Source: Squalus acanthias
Lineage: Eukaryota
Assembly (NCBI GenBank): GCA_030390025.1
Contig: CM059432.1
Location: 99,884,001-99,948,000 of the forward strand
DNA length: 64,000 nucleotides
Direction of reading: 5' to 3'
Below, piece by piece: positions 1 to 12,911 of the stretch. The notes below the pieces were generated by a model. The model did no database searches. It saw nothing but the letters and a program-made list of their open reading frames with translations, and was not told the DNA's origin. The position numbers and the translations under genes were made by a program. How positions within the stretch are numbered: the first letter of the stretch is position 1; each line of letters begins with the position of its first letter.

Positions 1-377
1 GTAGATGTTATGCTACAGCTATACAAAGCCCTGGTTAGACCACACCTGGACTCCTGTGAGCAGTTCTGGGCACCACACCTTAGGAAGGATACATTGGCCC
101 TGAGGGAGTGCAGCGTAGGTTTACCAGAATGATACCCAGACTCCAGGGGTTAAAATATGAGGAGAGACTACACAAACTAGGGTTGAAATTTAAAAGGTTA
201 TGGGATGATTTGATCAACATTTTCAAGATATTAAGGGGAACAGATAGGGTAGATAGAAAGAAACTATTTCCACTGGTTGGGGATTCTAGGACTAGGGGGC
301 ATAGTCTAAAAATTTGAGCCAGGCCTTTCAGGAGTGAAATTAGGAAACACTTCTACACACAAAAGGTGGTAGAAGTC
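1..377 (+). mobile_element. CR1-type LINE, 3' end of ORF2 (RT C-terminal region), degraded
   Basis: ORF 108..317 (QRRFTRMIP..LKYEERL..GDSRTRGHSLKI) matches the C-terminus of the CR1 ORF2 at 41929..42867 in this window. Confidence 0.9.
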
Positions 378-645
378 GACAGCAGCTCCTAAACCCGCGA
401 CCTCTACCACCTAGAAGGACAAGGGCAGCAGGCGCATGGGAACACCACCACCTCCATGTTCCCTCCAAGTCATACACCATCCTGACTTGGAAATAGATCG
501 CCGTTCCTTCATCATCGCTGGGTTAAAATCCTGGAACTCCCTCCCTAACAGCACTATGGGAGTACCTTCACAGCACGGACTGCAGCGGTTCAAGAAAGCA
601 GTCCACCACCTTCTCAAGGGCAATTAAGGATGGGCAATAAATGCT
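378..645 (+). mobile_element. 5'-truncated copy of the LINE family whose long copy is at 56503-59620
   Basis: Collinear with 59310-59575, including ctagaaggacaagggcagcaggcgcatgggaacacc and gggcaataaatgct. Confidence 0.9.
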
Positions 646-799
646 CGCTGTGATAATCTGCATGAACATCTTTACGGCCTTCTGCACATGCGTGCTCTTT
701 ACCGAGGCCGCGCATGCGCAGTACCCAACAGTTGTGGCCTGCAGTATGGGCCACGCTTTCCTCGGCTCCATAAGGAGAAGGTCACTGGATTCATTGGTG

Positions 800-1740
800 G
801 CTTGGGAGGGGGGATGCGGGGGGGTAAGAGAGAGGATCGAAAGGGGAGAGAGAGGGGGAATCGGAGGGGGGAGAGAGGGGGTGAGAGAGGGAGGATTGGA
901 GGGGGAAAGAGAGAGGAGATCAGAGGGGGGCAAGAGGAAGGGAGAGAGAGGAGGGAGAGAGAGAGAGAGGAGGGAGAGAGAGAGAGAGGAAGAGAGAGAG
1001 AGGAAGAGAGAGAGAGGAAGAGAGAGAGAGAGGAAGAGAGAGAGGAGGAAGAGAGAGGAGGAAGAGAGAGGAGCAAGAGAGAGAGGAGGAAGAGAGAGAG
1101 GAGGAAGAGAGAGAGGAGGAAGAGAGGAGGAGAGAGAGAGGAGGAGAGAGAGAGGAGGAAGAGAGAGGAGGGAGAGAGAGGAGGGAGAGAGAGGAGGAGA
1201 GAGAGGGAGAGAGAGGAGGAGAGAGAGAGGAGGAGAGAGAGAGGATTGGAGGGGGAGAGAGAGAGGAGATCAAAGGGAGAGAGAGGAGGGGAGAGAGGAG
1301 GGGGAAAGAGAGACAGGGTGAGAGAGAGAGGAGGGAGAGAGAGAGAGGAGGGGGGCGAGAGAGAGGATTGGAGGGGGAGAGAAAGAGGAGATCAGAGGGG
1401 GGCGAGAGGAAGGGAGAGAGAGGAGGGGAGAGAGGAGGGGGAAAGAGAGACAGGGTGAGAGAGAGAGGAGGAGAGAGAGAGAGAGGGGGGGAGAGAGAAG
1501 AGGGGGACAGAGAGCAGAGGAGGGAGAGAGAGAGAGGAGCGGAAGAGAGAGGAGGGGAAAGAGAGGAGGGGGAGAGAGAGAGAGGAGGGGAGAGAGAGGA
1601 GGGGGAAAGAGAGGAGGGGCAGAGAGGAGGGGGAGAGAAAGGAGGGTGGAGAGGATCGAAGGGAGAGAGAGGATCGAAGGGGGAAGAGAGAGGATTGGAG
1701 CGGAGGGGAGGGGAGGTCATGAACTCGGGGGGAAGAGAAT
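800..1740. repeat. Polypurine (GA/GGA) low-complexity tract with a recurring higher-order unit
   Basis: Almost pure G/A on the + strand; the gaggattgga unit start recurs near 890, 1241, 1363 and 1689. Confidence 0.95.
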
Positions 1741-2084
1741 GTCAGGAACTCAGGGGGTAAAGAGCACGGAGAGCACAGTGGGGATGGGGGAAGAACATAA
1801 TCCAGCTCTAAAGGGGAGTGGAATGAGATGAGAATGTGATCCAGCTGATAAGATGGAGCACGTTCTTCCAACCCCATCCCCTTTACACCCGCATCATGTT
1901 CTTCCTCTCCTCTCCATAGACCTGGTTGATTTCTCAGAAAGCTTGGTGCGTGTGTGGCAAGTGACATCATTGACTGGACGAAACCCGGAAGTCATGTCAC
2001 TGTCACTATTCACTTCATACCCAATAAACCTGTTAACAATCCGTGACCCACACACAATGCCCCATCTATGGAGGGTGGGGGGCA

Positions 2085-2780
2085 AGGTCAGGAACTTGCG
2101 GTAGGGGGAAGTTCAAGAACTTGGGCGGGAACGGGCGGCAGAAGTCTGGGCTGGCTGGCTGACAGGCAACAGCAAGGGCACTGGCAGAGTGGCAGGGGTT
2201 GGAGGACGAATGCTGTCACCCTGAGAGAGGAGAGCAGGTATGTGCTCCACGGGTCCTCTGCCACTCCCCCGGGGCAGCGCCTCAAGAATCCTATTAGTAT
2301 GCTGGAGGACAGATTGCTGGACTGCTGTGACACCCTGCAAGCCCCTTTTCAACACTGGTAACCACAGCCACGGAGGTAGCAGTCTGAGCTTGCATGGCAG
2401 CAAGTTGAGCTTGCATGACATAAGTCTGAGCTTCCACTGCAGCACCCAGACATTAGGTAGCTCCTGCTTATGCTGCAATGGAAGCTGAGACATTAGCCAT
2501 CAGATGCTGAATCATGGTTGAGTCCACAAGTGTGCTAATGGAGTTGGCCAACACTTCCACACTGGAAAGGATGGGCTCCAAACTCTGCACAAAGTTCTGT
2601 GCCAAGTTGGTGCCGGACTTTTCCATGCTCCTTGACATTGCACGCAGGCTTTGTGGCAGACCTGCCAATGCACCAAGCAATTTCTTATGCATACCCATCA
2701 GCCTTCTTCTGCAGCCTGTCCCATCGAAGTGGTCATCTGAGTCCTCTGCAGCAGAACTCGTGTGTGACCAGCACGAAGTT
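2085..2780 (-). mobile_element. Harbinger accessory (Myb/SANT-gene) last-exon remnant
   Basis: ORF 2468..2920(-) RRRLMGMHKKLLGALAGLPQSLRAMSRSMEK aligns with 46957..47514(-) RRRVMGMHTEMIGAMARVPESLSAMIRSVEE of the Harbinger at 44855-50321. Confidence 0.75.
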
Positions 2781-4092
2781 GGCGTGCTGCTTGCGTCAAA
2801 GCAATGGGTGCGGGTTAATCGCGCAACGCGATCCCCGCGCCCATTTATCTTTTTAGAAATGATACTTTTGATTATTTGCCTCTCTGAGGAGATTAAATAA
2901 AGTGGTAAGCAAAATTCCATGGGCGTGTAAATTATGCATGGTCTGTTGGGAAGTGCGGACTTGAATGGCTTCTCATCTATATTACAAGTTTAGATTTTGT
3001 GGTACTACTGTGACTGCAGAAGTTATTTAATGCTGCTAATTATTTACTGCTATTAATTATATTGGTACCTCGTTCCCCTTTCATTATGGAAGTTGGTGCT
3101 TGTTGCTTATGCTAATTTCAATCACATCTAAGCTATCATAATAGTCCATATATTATGTCAAATAAATTAGCTTTGTTCATGGACACATACTGTGCTGTGT
3201 CAGTTCCTTGATGTCTCCAAGATAAGACACAAGCTAATTGGTAACTCTTGTTAGGACTGTCGCATATTTCGAGAACTACTAGCTGTGATCTTTATTAATT
3301 GAATTGTTTTAATGTAGGGGTGACTTCAGCTAAAATTATAATTCACCATGTCAATCTTTCCCGCACACATTTGATTGCACTTTCTGAAGAAGAACCTAAT
3401 TATATTTCACCAACTTTTGCTGTGAATCATGAATATATTTCCTACTTGAACTTCTCAAAGAAGAAGCATAACCTGGATTTTCATGTGGATGTTTCTGGCA
3501 GTAAAGTTCAGCAGGTGATTTACACTATTGGCATTGAAACCATATTTGAAACATATTAAAATGTTGCTGCTTTTCAGCTGTTTTACTGCTGAAGAAAAGG
3601 AATATAACACCGAACTGGAAAAAAAACTGCAGTATTCATTAATTGCCTGTCTACCCTTGAAATGCTAGGCAAGCACAAAGCTGAATTCATGGTTCTCTTA
3701 AGGACAAGACTCCAAATGAATGTATGAAAAATAAAAAGCTTATTATTAAAGTATTTGACTGTGGTGATAAGAGCCCCTTTTATTTTCCCTTATCACTATG
3801 GGCATGTTGGGGGTTTTGCCACATGGATGGTGAGCCACTATTACCAGTACTTTTGGTGCAATCAGAAGATAGTTTTATCTGGCAGATGACAAGTACAAAC
3901 ACTGTAAAACCGAATGTTCATTGTTCAGTTCACAATCCATCCTGTGCACATCATTCCCCATTTCCCCACACATCTGCTAACATCTACAAACCTTTCTCTG
4001 TGCACAACAGCTCACTAAGCTCCCATTCATACCACTTGATGAAAGCATTTTCCAAACTTTTTCAAGAACAGTGTCTGCATACTCAAGTTTAA

Positions 4093-6328
4093 CTTGAACT
4101 TGCAGCACTCCATTCTCTCAGATCCAACCCCAACATTGTCATTAAACCTGCTGACAAGGGTGGTGCTGTTGTTGTTTGACGAACCGACCTCTACCTAGCG
4201 GAGGCTGAACGCCAACTCTCTGACACCTCCTCCTACCTCCCCCTGGACCATGACCCCACTACCAAACATCAAGCCACCGTTTCCAAGACTGTCACTGACC
4301 TCATCTCCTCTGGAGATCTTCCCTCCACGACAGCCAACCTCATAGTCCCCCAACCCCGCACAGCCCGCTTCTACCTCCTTCCCAAGATCCACAAACAGGA
4401 CTGCCCTGATAGACCTATTGTTTCAGCCTGTTCTTGCCACACGGAAATTATCTCTTCCTATCTCGACTCTATTTTATCTCCCCTTGTCCAGTCTCTTCCC
4501 ACCTACATCCGCGACTCTTCCGACACCCTCCGCCACTTTAAGAGTTTCCAGTTTCCTGGCCCCAACCATCTCCTTTTGACTATGGACGTCCAATCCCTCT
4601 ACACATACACATCCATCCCCCACCAGGATGGCCTGAGGGCGCTCCGCTTCTTCCTTGAACAGAGGCCCAACCAGCCCCCATCCACCACCACCCTCCTTCG
4701 CCTGGCTGAACTTGTTCTCACATTGAACAACTTATCCTATGACTCCACTCACTTCCTCCAAATTAAAGCTGTTGCTATGGGAACCCGCATGGGTCCTAGC
4801 TATGCCTGCCTTTTCGTGGGATATGTGGAACATTCTTTGTTCCAGTCCTACTCAGGTCCCCTCCCTCACCTCTTTTTCCAGTACATTGATGAGTGTATCG
4901 GTGCCGTTTCCTGCTCTCGTCCTGAACTAGAAAATTTCATTCACTTTGCTTCCAATTTCCACCCTTCCCTCACCTTCACATGGTCCATCTCCGACTCTTC
5001 CCTTCCCTTCCTCGACTTCTCTGTCTCCATCTCTGGGGATAGGCTATTGACAAACATTCACTATAAGCCCACTGACTCCCACAGCTACCTGGACTATACT
5101 TCCTCCCACCCCGCTTCCTGTAAGGACTCTATTCCATTCTCCCAGTTTCTCCGTCTCTGCCGCATCTGCTCTGATAATGCCACCTTCCATACCAGTGCTT
5201 CCGACATGTCTTCCTTTTTCCTCAACCGAGGATTCCCCTCTACTGTGGTTGACACGGCCCTTGACCGTGTCTGTTCTATTTCCCGAACTTCTGCTCTCAC
5301 CCCTGCCCCTCCCTCCTGGAACCACGATAAGGTTCCCCTTGTCCTCACCTTTCACCCCACCAGCCACCACATTCAACGGATCATCCTCCGCCATTTCCAC
5401 CACCTCCAGCGTGATCCTACCACCAAACACATCTTCCCCTCACCACCCCTTTCAGCATTCCGAAGGGACTGCTCCCTCCGCGACACCCTCGGTCCACTCC
5501 TCAATCACCCCCAACACCCCTTCCCCTTCGCCCGGCACCTTCCCGTGCAAGCGCAGGAGATGTAACACCTGCCCTTTTACCTCCTCCCTTCCCACTGTCC
5601 AGGGCCCCAAACACTCCTTCCAGGTGAAACAGCGATTTACTTGTACTTCTTGCAATTTAGTATACTCTATTCGCTGCTCACGATGCGGTCTCCTCTACAT
5701 TGGGGAGACCAAATGCAGATTGGGTGACCGCTTTGCGAAAAACCTCCGTTCAGTCCGTAAGGGGGAACCCGAGCTTCCGGTCGCCTGTCACTTTCATTCT
5801 CCGCTCCACTACCACTCTGACCTCTCCATCTCGGCCTCTTACACTGTTCCAATGAAGCTCAACGTAAGCTCGAGGAACAGCACCTCATCTTTCGATTAGG
5901 CACTTTACAGCCTTCTGGACTCAACATCGAGTTCAACAATTTCAGACTAAAACCTCTGCCCCTATCTTTTTTTTTAGTTTTTTTTATCTCTCTCACATGG
6001 CAGCTGTCGATCATTCTGCCAGTGCCATTTATACTTCATCTAGAGTCATCTTTTGTTTCTTAACTTATCCCATTACCATCTCCTTTTGCCTTGCACCATC
6101 AGCCCTTTTGTCTTTTAATCTCTCCTGCCTTCCATCCTATCACAGACCTTCCCTTTTGTTCTTTCCGCCCCTCCCCCCTTTCCCTGCCCCTACACTTGCT
6201 TAAAAACCTGTTCCATCTCCAACTTTTTCCAGTTCTGACGAAGGGTCATCGACCTGAAACATTAACTCTGTTTCTCTCTCCACAGATGCTGCCTGACCTG
6301 CTGAATATTTCCAGCATTTTCTGTTTTC
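4093..6328 (+). mobile_element. Penelope-like retroelement (RT plus GIY-YIG endonuclease), 5'-truncated, with stops and frameshifts
   Basis: Shows IVIKPADKGGAVVV (~4135), TMDVQSLYT, AMGTRMGPSYACLF, YIDE (YIDD-like) and the GIY-YIG-like LVYSIRCSRCGLLYIGET. Flanked by the 12-bp direct repeat ACTCAAGTTTAA at 4081-4092 and 6329-6340. Confidence 0.95.
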
Positions 6329-8110
6329 ACTCAAGTTTAATGTTACTGTAGTTTTGATGATAAACCATATTGTGTGTATGCCTAGTACTTCTTACAGCAG
6401 TGCAACTTTTCGGTGCCAATGTATGAAGGATGTGCTTTCAACCCTAGGCTTATGATTCTCATAGATGCGACCTCAGTGGCAAGAGTGCCTGAGGTAGCTG
6501 GCTGTTATAGGAGGCTTTTAGGATTGAGACAGACCTTGTCTCATGACGGTTAATTCCTGAGAGGGAACTGCTGCAGGCTGCACCTCTTTGGGTAGGCTCG
6601 GGGCTGTGGAGGCAGTGTGCGCCCGAAAACAGAGGCCCGAGGATCTCTAGAAATTGTTCCTCGGGCTTCATCTAAATATTCAAAGTGAGCTACTGCCGCC
6701 TGAGGGAACACTTCAATCTCGAGCCGCCAGCCTTGCCAGCAGTCCTCCGGTAAGTCCCGGGGGGGGGGGGGGGGGGGCGGAAATGGAGGGAGCCAATCGT
6801 GGCCAGCAGTGGCTGGCCAGAGTACTTTGGCTCAACATTTATTCTGCCACTCTTGTGTATCAAAGCAAGGTGGGTCATTTTCTATGATTAAACCTAGCTT
6901 TTAACCCCACATCTGGCAAGACAGAAATAAAGAAGTCAATAACACCATACACCATGCTTCAGTTTTGCCACAGCCTTCCCCTCCACTCTGTAGAATTTGA
7001 TACTCATGAATGCTGATGACATGGTGTTGCTGAGAACAAATCCTATCTGTATTCCTGACGTAAGTGCATCAGCATTTCCATTTTGCATGTCATGGTGGTG
7101 TGGATTGCAAACATTGTATTCTCGCATTGTACCCCCCTGTATCCATCACAACAAATGTGCATTTCTGTCACTAATAAAATGTAACCATGTTGAAGGATTG
7201 TGATCAGAATGCGCAGTAATTGCAATCCCAATTAAATATGCTTGCGACTTCTGCAGAATGCTTAGGCATTCTTTTTCAATTGTTGAATGAATTATTTATC
7301 ATGACAGTAGCTTGTGACTCAGTTATACAATTGTGAATTGTAGCTTAGAATTACAGTTGCCAATATTAGCGAACAAATGTCTAATGTATTAATATGACTT
7401 TTCTCTGCTATTTTAACAGAGATATGAATCTATTTTTTCTGTAACTTAAGATTGTCTCATATTAGATATTCAACTATTAATGTTCAATCTTCAACAGAAT
7501 TGATTCTTTCCAAATGTTTACTTTTATTCTCCATCTGATTTATCCTGGTTTTATGCTTTCTTCCATTCTGCAGTAATATTAATAATCTCTACTATGCATA
7601 GATGCTTTGCAGATAAGCTATAAGATTGCTTCCCATTCCAGGAGCCTTTATTAAACATCCTTTTTGCATATTTTCCCCAATTTTCTCCCCTTTCCTCTCG
7701 TCCTCTTCTAAAGAGCTGTGTCTTGCTGAGGTATGATCCTATGGGTAGCATTAGCCCTTTAGTCACCTTGAATAGCATATTTCACGCATGATCCTTGACG
7801 ACAAGTACCAACCAGCAGGCACTTCCACTGTTAGGGTATCAGAGCCATGCCTGACCCCACCCTCGCCCAACGTTCAGGAATGCACATTTTCCAAAACAGG
7901 CCATTTTCTCTCTTTAGCCCAGGAATGCTGAAGCCCTTATTACTGTTCTGGCTGAGATTAGCTAACTCATCCTAAACTGGGAAGCAAATCGGGAACCACT
8001 AGAGCTGCTTTCATTAAGCTTCTCCGGGAATGCCTTCTCCTCTCTCAAATCAGGTTCCTTTAGAACGTGCCCTGCTGCCAGTGCAGGCTCATAAAATTAC
8101 CTCTTATATA

Positions 8111-8474
8111 CAGGAAACTCTTTATTAACCGGCACCGACGGGACCGGCGTGGTGCCGGTTAATCAAAAAGTCCGGATAACGGAGAGTTATATCTCCCAAC
8201 GTACGAGAGCCCCGTACACACTGACATGCGCCTGCATTCGGAGCTCCGTCTCCCCGGAGACCGCCAGCTGACCATCTGTCGTGTCCGCTGCCTACCCGGG
8301 CTGCACATTCCCCTCCCAATCTACATGCTCCGATACAAGGCAAACGCCTCGGGGTCTTTTTTAAAGTTATTTTTAAAGGAGAGATGAAGGAAAACCCCGG
8401 TTACCTACTCAAGAATTTTGCCAGTTAAGAGAGATTTCCGGTTATTTGGGTGCCGGTTAAAAGAGAGTTTCCTG
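8111..8474. mobile_element. Tc1/mariner-pogo type MITE (364 bp)
   Basis: 26-bp TIR caggaaactct(t/c)t(a/t)ttaaccggcacc with 2 mismatches, flanked by TA at 8109-8110 and 8475-8476. Confidence 0.9.
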
Positions 8475-11400
8475 TATGTAGATAAAAAGACTTAGAAATG
8501 CTCAGTAATATTTTCATGCACTTCTCAAATCTATATTACTATTTTCCCCTATTTCTGATGGCACATGAGGGATAATTTTCCAACTTCATGAATCCGCAGG
8601 GAGTTGTGCCTGCTGCGACCATGTATGGGAATTTGAGGTGCCCTCTGCAAGTGATTTTATGGCAATTAATTTAATTGGTTTGACAATCACGCAAGCCCAC
8701 ATTTCTGATATGAGCGAAGCGTCCTGCCAGAAGTAGAAACGTGGAAATTATCTCTCTTAACTCATTTAATTATTAGCTCATTACCAAGCCCATTACTAAT
8801 AGTTACATTTAATTAATAGACATTTTATGCACTCAGGCGTCCCTGCTCATTTCAGATGGACTCCCTTGCTGAATAAAATTAGTTACATTTGATTGCAAGA
8901 GTTGGTCATTTCTTGTTTGTTTGATTGAATTGATCGTCCTGTGTTTTGACATTTCCACTGAAAAAATCTGGTTTAGTATAAATCTTTCATCTTGTAAACA
9001 GAAAGGCTCCTTTCCTCTGGCTGCATCAAGGAATGATTACTTGTGAGGAAAACAGAGTGCTGTCACAATACTGGTTGCGATGGCAATTACTTAGCATTAC
9101 TACAAGAAGGATTCAGCTTTAGCCCCATCATCCGGACGCAGATTAATATTTTCACTAATATCCACCTTTGCGAGAAGGACTAAATATCTGCTACATATGA
9201 ATATTACATATTGGAGTGGGGCAGGCATTAATCACACAGGATCCACAGGTAAGTATCTTTACTTAGCCTTGGCTTTTCTTACCTTCTATTACTAGCTAGG
9301 TTCCTCTTTTTCTCTGTTGTACTTTTGTTGTTTGGTTCTAATCATAATTAACATTTTGCAAAAGTTTAATTTGTCGTTGAATTTTTTTTCCAAGTTAATC
9401 AAAAGCAAATATAATTATGTAAGTAGGCAGCTTTTGGGGTAGATATTGGTCCTCGTTGTGCCCATTTTACGGGTGCAAAAAGACCAATTTCGGGGTGCAA
9501 TGTCCTGTGTCAATCTGCGGCAGGGGTATGGGTGCCCCCATATTGGCATAGGCTGCTGACAGGTGTTAGGCCCTTTGCATATGTCTGTTTTAGGCCTCGA
9601 CAGGAAATTAGACAGTGCTGACTGGTGCAGGTGCCTGGGGGCCGCTGCCAGCTTTCGATCACCCCCCTCACATTCTCCTCCCCTCCCTCTTTCAGGACTT
9701 ACTTGAGGACTGCTGCCAGTGAGGCAGGTGGCCTAAATTTGGATTGGCCACATGGAAAAACTGCCTCTGGAAACACAACAGGCCGGCATGATGCCCAAGT
9801 TATTACAATGAGGCCCAAGGCCCAATTTCTGGTGAGACTCGGGCCTTCCGGTTTGGGCACACGTTGGAAGCATGCCGTAATGAATTTTTACCACTTTCAG
9901 TGTTTTTGCAGATCTCCTAATTCAACAATTGTATTGTTTACCAGTAAAACTTTAAAGCATAAAATATATATGTAGTGATTGTATTTATTTTGCTTTGACA
10001 CATTCTTATTCATACTGGCCCTGAAGTTCCATGGGAGTTCAGTCCCTTACAAAGGCAAATAATGGCTAGGGGCAGAGTCAACAGCAGGGATTCCCTCAGC
10101 CAGGAGTTCCTTCTCCTCAGGCTCATGGAGGACTTAGCATTGCAGTGATGGCCTGTACACCGAATTGGAGAAGGTAAGCAGCTTGGATTGCCAAAAACTC
10201 CATTTTGTTTTGTTGAAAAATCTGTGGTGATCAAGGGGTCTATAGGATAATTCTTGGGTAAAGAGAAGGCCCTAGGCATCCCATTGCTGGAGTTTCAGCC
10301 TGCCATATGCTAATGACGTGCCCTCCCACTGACCCTGCAAACTCAAGTAGGACCAGCACTGGAGAGGATCATCGGGTGCAATCCATACGTAACCACTGGA
10401 ACATGACTTGAGGAATTACAGAGCTACTTACTTTTACCACCTTTTGCAAAACACATTAGTTTGAAATGATTCCCATGTTACTGTTATCTACATTTCAAAG
10501 AGGCCAGGGAATTCTATATTAAATATTCACATTGCAGTAGAAACACAGAGTAGGCATTTCCCTTTAGAGAGTGTAGGCAGCAACATACATATTTAATAAC
10601 TTTGGGTAAAGTTGTACAAAACAGAATTATAGTTAAAACAGAAAAATTGTAAAATAAACTTGGGCAATAACATTCAAAGATTGTATTTTTGATGCTCTTA
10701 GATTGGCTTACTATACGTAAATTACTTTTCAAAATGAAAATAATACTGCTACAGAAATGTATCAAATAAGAAAACGATATACATAAGAAAGAGTAGCAAA
10801 GAAGGGCATTATAAAATTGTCACTTTACTTAGTATTGATGAGAAGGATTTAGTAAAACTGACACTTTGCCCAGTATCTATGTACTAGTGTAATTAAAAAG
10901 AAATAGACATCGAGGATGTCAAGTGCAAGTTCGTGCCAAATCCAGAAAAAAACAATTCATAGTAACTGTTTTCATCTGCACTTTGCAGTGAGGTAAAGTA
11001 TTCCATCAGCAAGAGAAGAAGACACTGCAAATACACACAAATAAAACAGTATATGACACCAAATTTTTTGGATTGTACTTACGCAGAAATTACACCGAAA
11101 TTTACAGCAGTGTCTGCGCTGATCTGGCCGACAGGAACATAAGCCAAAATGTCTTATGGAGCTTATCTGCCTACACTGAATGTAAAAACTGGCGTAAAAC
11201 AAGTGAAAATGCAGCACTACCAATTGTTGCCCCTTTGTATTGCAACTGTAAATGCTATGTTCAAAATGGGGTAACCCCCTCAGAAAGTAAAGACTTACGG
11301 CATGTGTCTGCATTGCTGTTTAGTGGACTATGTTTTGTAAAATCAGGAAACATGTGTGTGTAGAGTGTGGATTAGAGCATGCTGATGCTTCACAGCTGCA

Positions 11401-12119
11401 GTGCTGCAACATTTAGTGGTCTGCAAAAACCACCAAAATTTGCATAATGAGGGGAAGGTAGTGTGAATCTCAGTTAAATCTGGGTTTGAATTTACAATTG
11501 TCCAGTTGAGATCCCTGACATTTTACCACCAGGCATACTGGAGAGGAACTTATTTCTGGTTTAGCCTTTTATTACTACATGCAACTGAAAAGGCAGCAGC
11601 TCTGTTGCTATGTCATGTAACAAAAGATTACTTTGCACATCTTCACCATGGTGTCAATTTGGGCAGCATCCAACACTAGTGTCAAAAAAGCCGTTGTTAA
11701 TATTGTTAAAGTTGAATCATTCCGAATTACCTTCTAACCAGATGTAATTTCACTTTAGAGTGATATTATTGGGAGAATTCCTCGGAGCTGCTCCCGATCC
11801 GCTGGTGTTACTATGCCTGAATTGCAGCAGGAACTCCATGGGGGGAATTTTAACATGGGGGAGCAGGTGGAGGGGTTGAAACCGGGCACTTCCGCATTTC
11901 ACTCCAGTGGGTTAGGCTGCCCTCTCGTCAGAAGCAGGTTGCCTATTAACATATGTTTATCGCTCAATTAGAGCGATATTTCAACACAGTTTTGACTTTA
12001 ATGTCGGATCCATGGGTTTCCTGGGCTTCCTAAAACTTGCTAGTGAAAGCAAGGTGAGAACACAGTGGCAATTGAGGGGGCCGAATCTATCTCATGGAAA
12101 TATTGGAATAAATACTCAG

Positions 12120-12660
12120 TACTCACAGTGTCTCAGGAGGCTCAGGTTGTCACATCAAGTGGTAGCAGACATCTGCAGCCTGCTAGAAGAAGACTTGCTG
12201 GTGGCCATGCTTTACCAGTGGCTGTCAAAGTCACTACCGCCCTCAACTTTTCAGCCTCTGAATCTTTCCACGGCTCTGCTGGAAATATATCTAGGATCTC
12301 CCAGTTGGCTGCCCACAAATGCATAAGACAGGTGACTGATGGCTTGTTTGGCAATGCTGCCAAATATGTTAACTTCGCCTGCAATAATGCCAGTCAGAAT
12401 GAGCAGGCGCTCATGTTTGCTTCTTTGGCTGGCTTCCCACAGGTGCAGGGTGTCATCGACTGCACACACATGGCAACCCCCAGATCAACCTGGAGTTTTT
12501 GTTAACTGCAAGGGCTTCCACTCCATCAATGTGCAGCTGGTGTGCAACCACAAAAAAATCTTTATGCAGGTCTGCACAAGATTCCTGGGGAGCTGCCATG
12601 ATGCTTTTGTCCTGCGGCTGTCCAAGCTCCATGACGTCTTCGGACATGGAAGCAAAGTTA
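12120..12660 (+). pseudogene. Harbinger (HARBI1-like) DDE transposase fragment
   Basis: [30 protein letters not shown] and [29 protein letters not shown] across ORFs 12065..12505 and 12339..12725. Confidence 0.92.
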
Positions 12661-12911
12661 AGACGTGGACTCTCCACTGCTGTATCTGGGACCACCATCT
12701 GCTCTTGCTCACTTGTGAAGTGTAAGTCACCAGGTGAAAACCCAACAATCTCTCTAACTGGTCCCATTGAGGTGTGAGTATCTGAGCTGGTGCATGGTAA
12801 GCATAAGTCCTGTGATGGTGCACCCTCAGAAGGAATCAACAAGTCTGAGGATTCATTGTCCGGGAGGTCCATGAACTCATGCTGAATGCGTGAAGGCCCT
12901 GTCGGAGATAA
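12660..12911 (-). mobile_element. Harbinger accessory-gene exon remnant, convergent with the transposase fragment (internally deleted element)
   Basis: PCTSSDTHTSMGP..TSEQEQMVVPDTAVESPR aligns with PSTSAETHTSVGP..TCEPQQMVETGTALESPR at 24359..24910. Preceded on the minus strand by an acceptor-like ttatctccgacag. Confidence 0.75.

Noticed and set aside
568..1970. Long Arg/Glu/Gly- and Ser/Leu/Pro-rich ORFs
   Set aside because: They are artefacts of the stop-free GA repeat and are open in nearly all frames.
12877..12911. ISDRAFTHS as the second catalytic Asp motif of the foamy integrase
   Set aside because: It lies ~20 residues too close to WLVPTK and coincides with a splice acceptor and the start of a Harbinger exon, so it is more likely coincidental.
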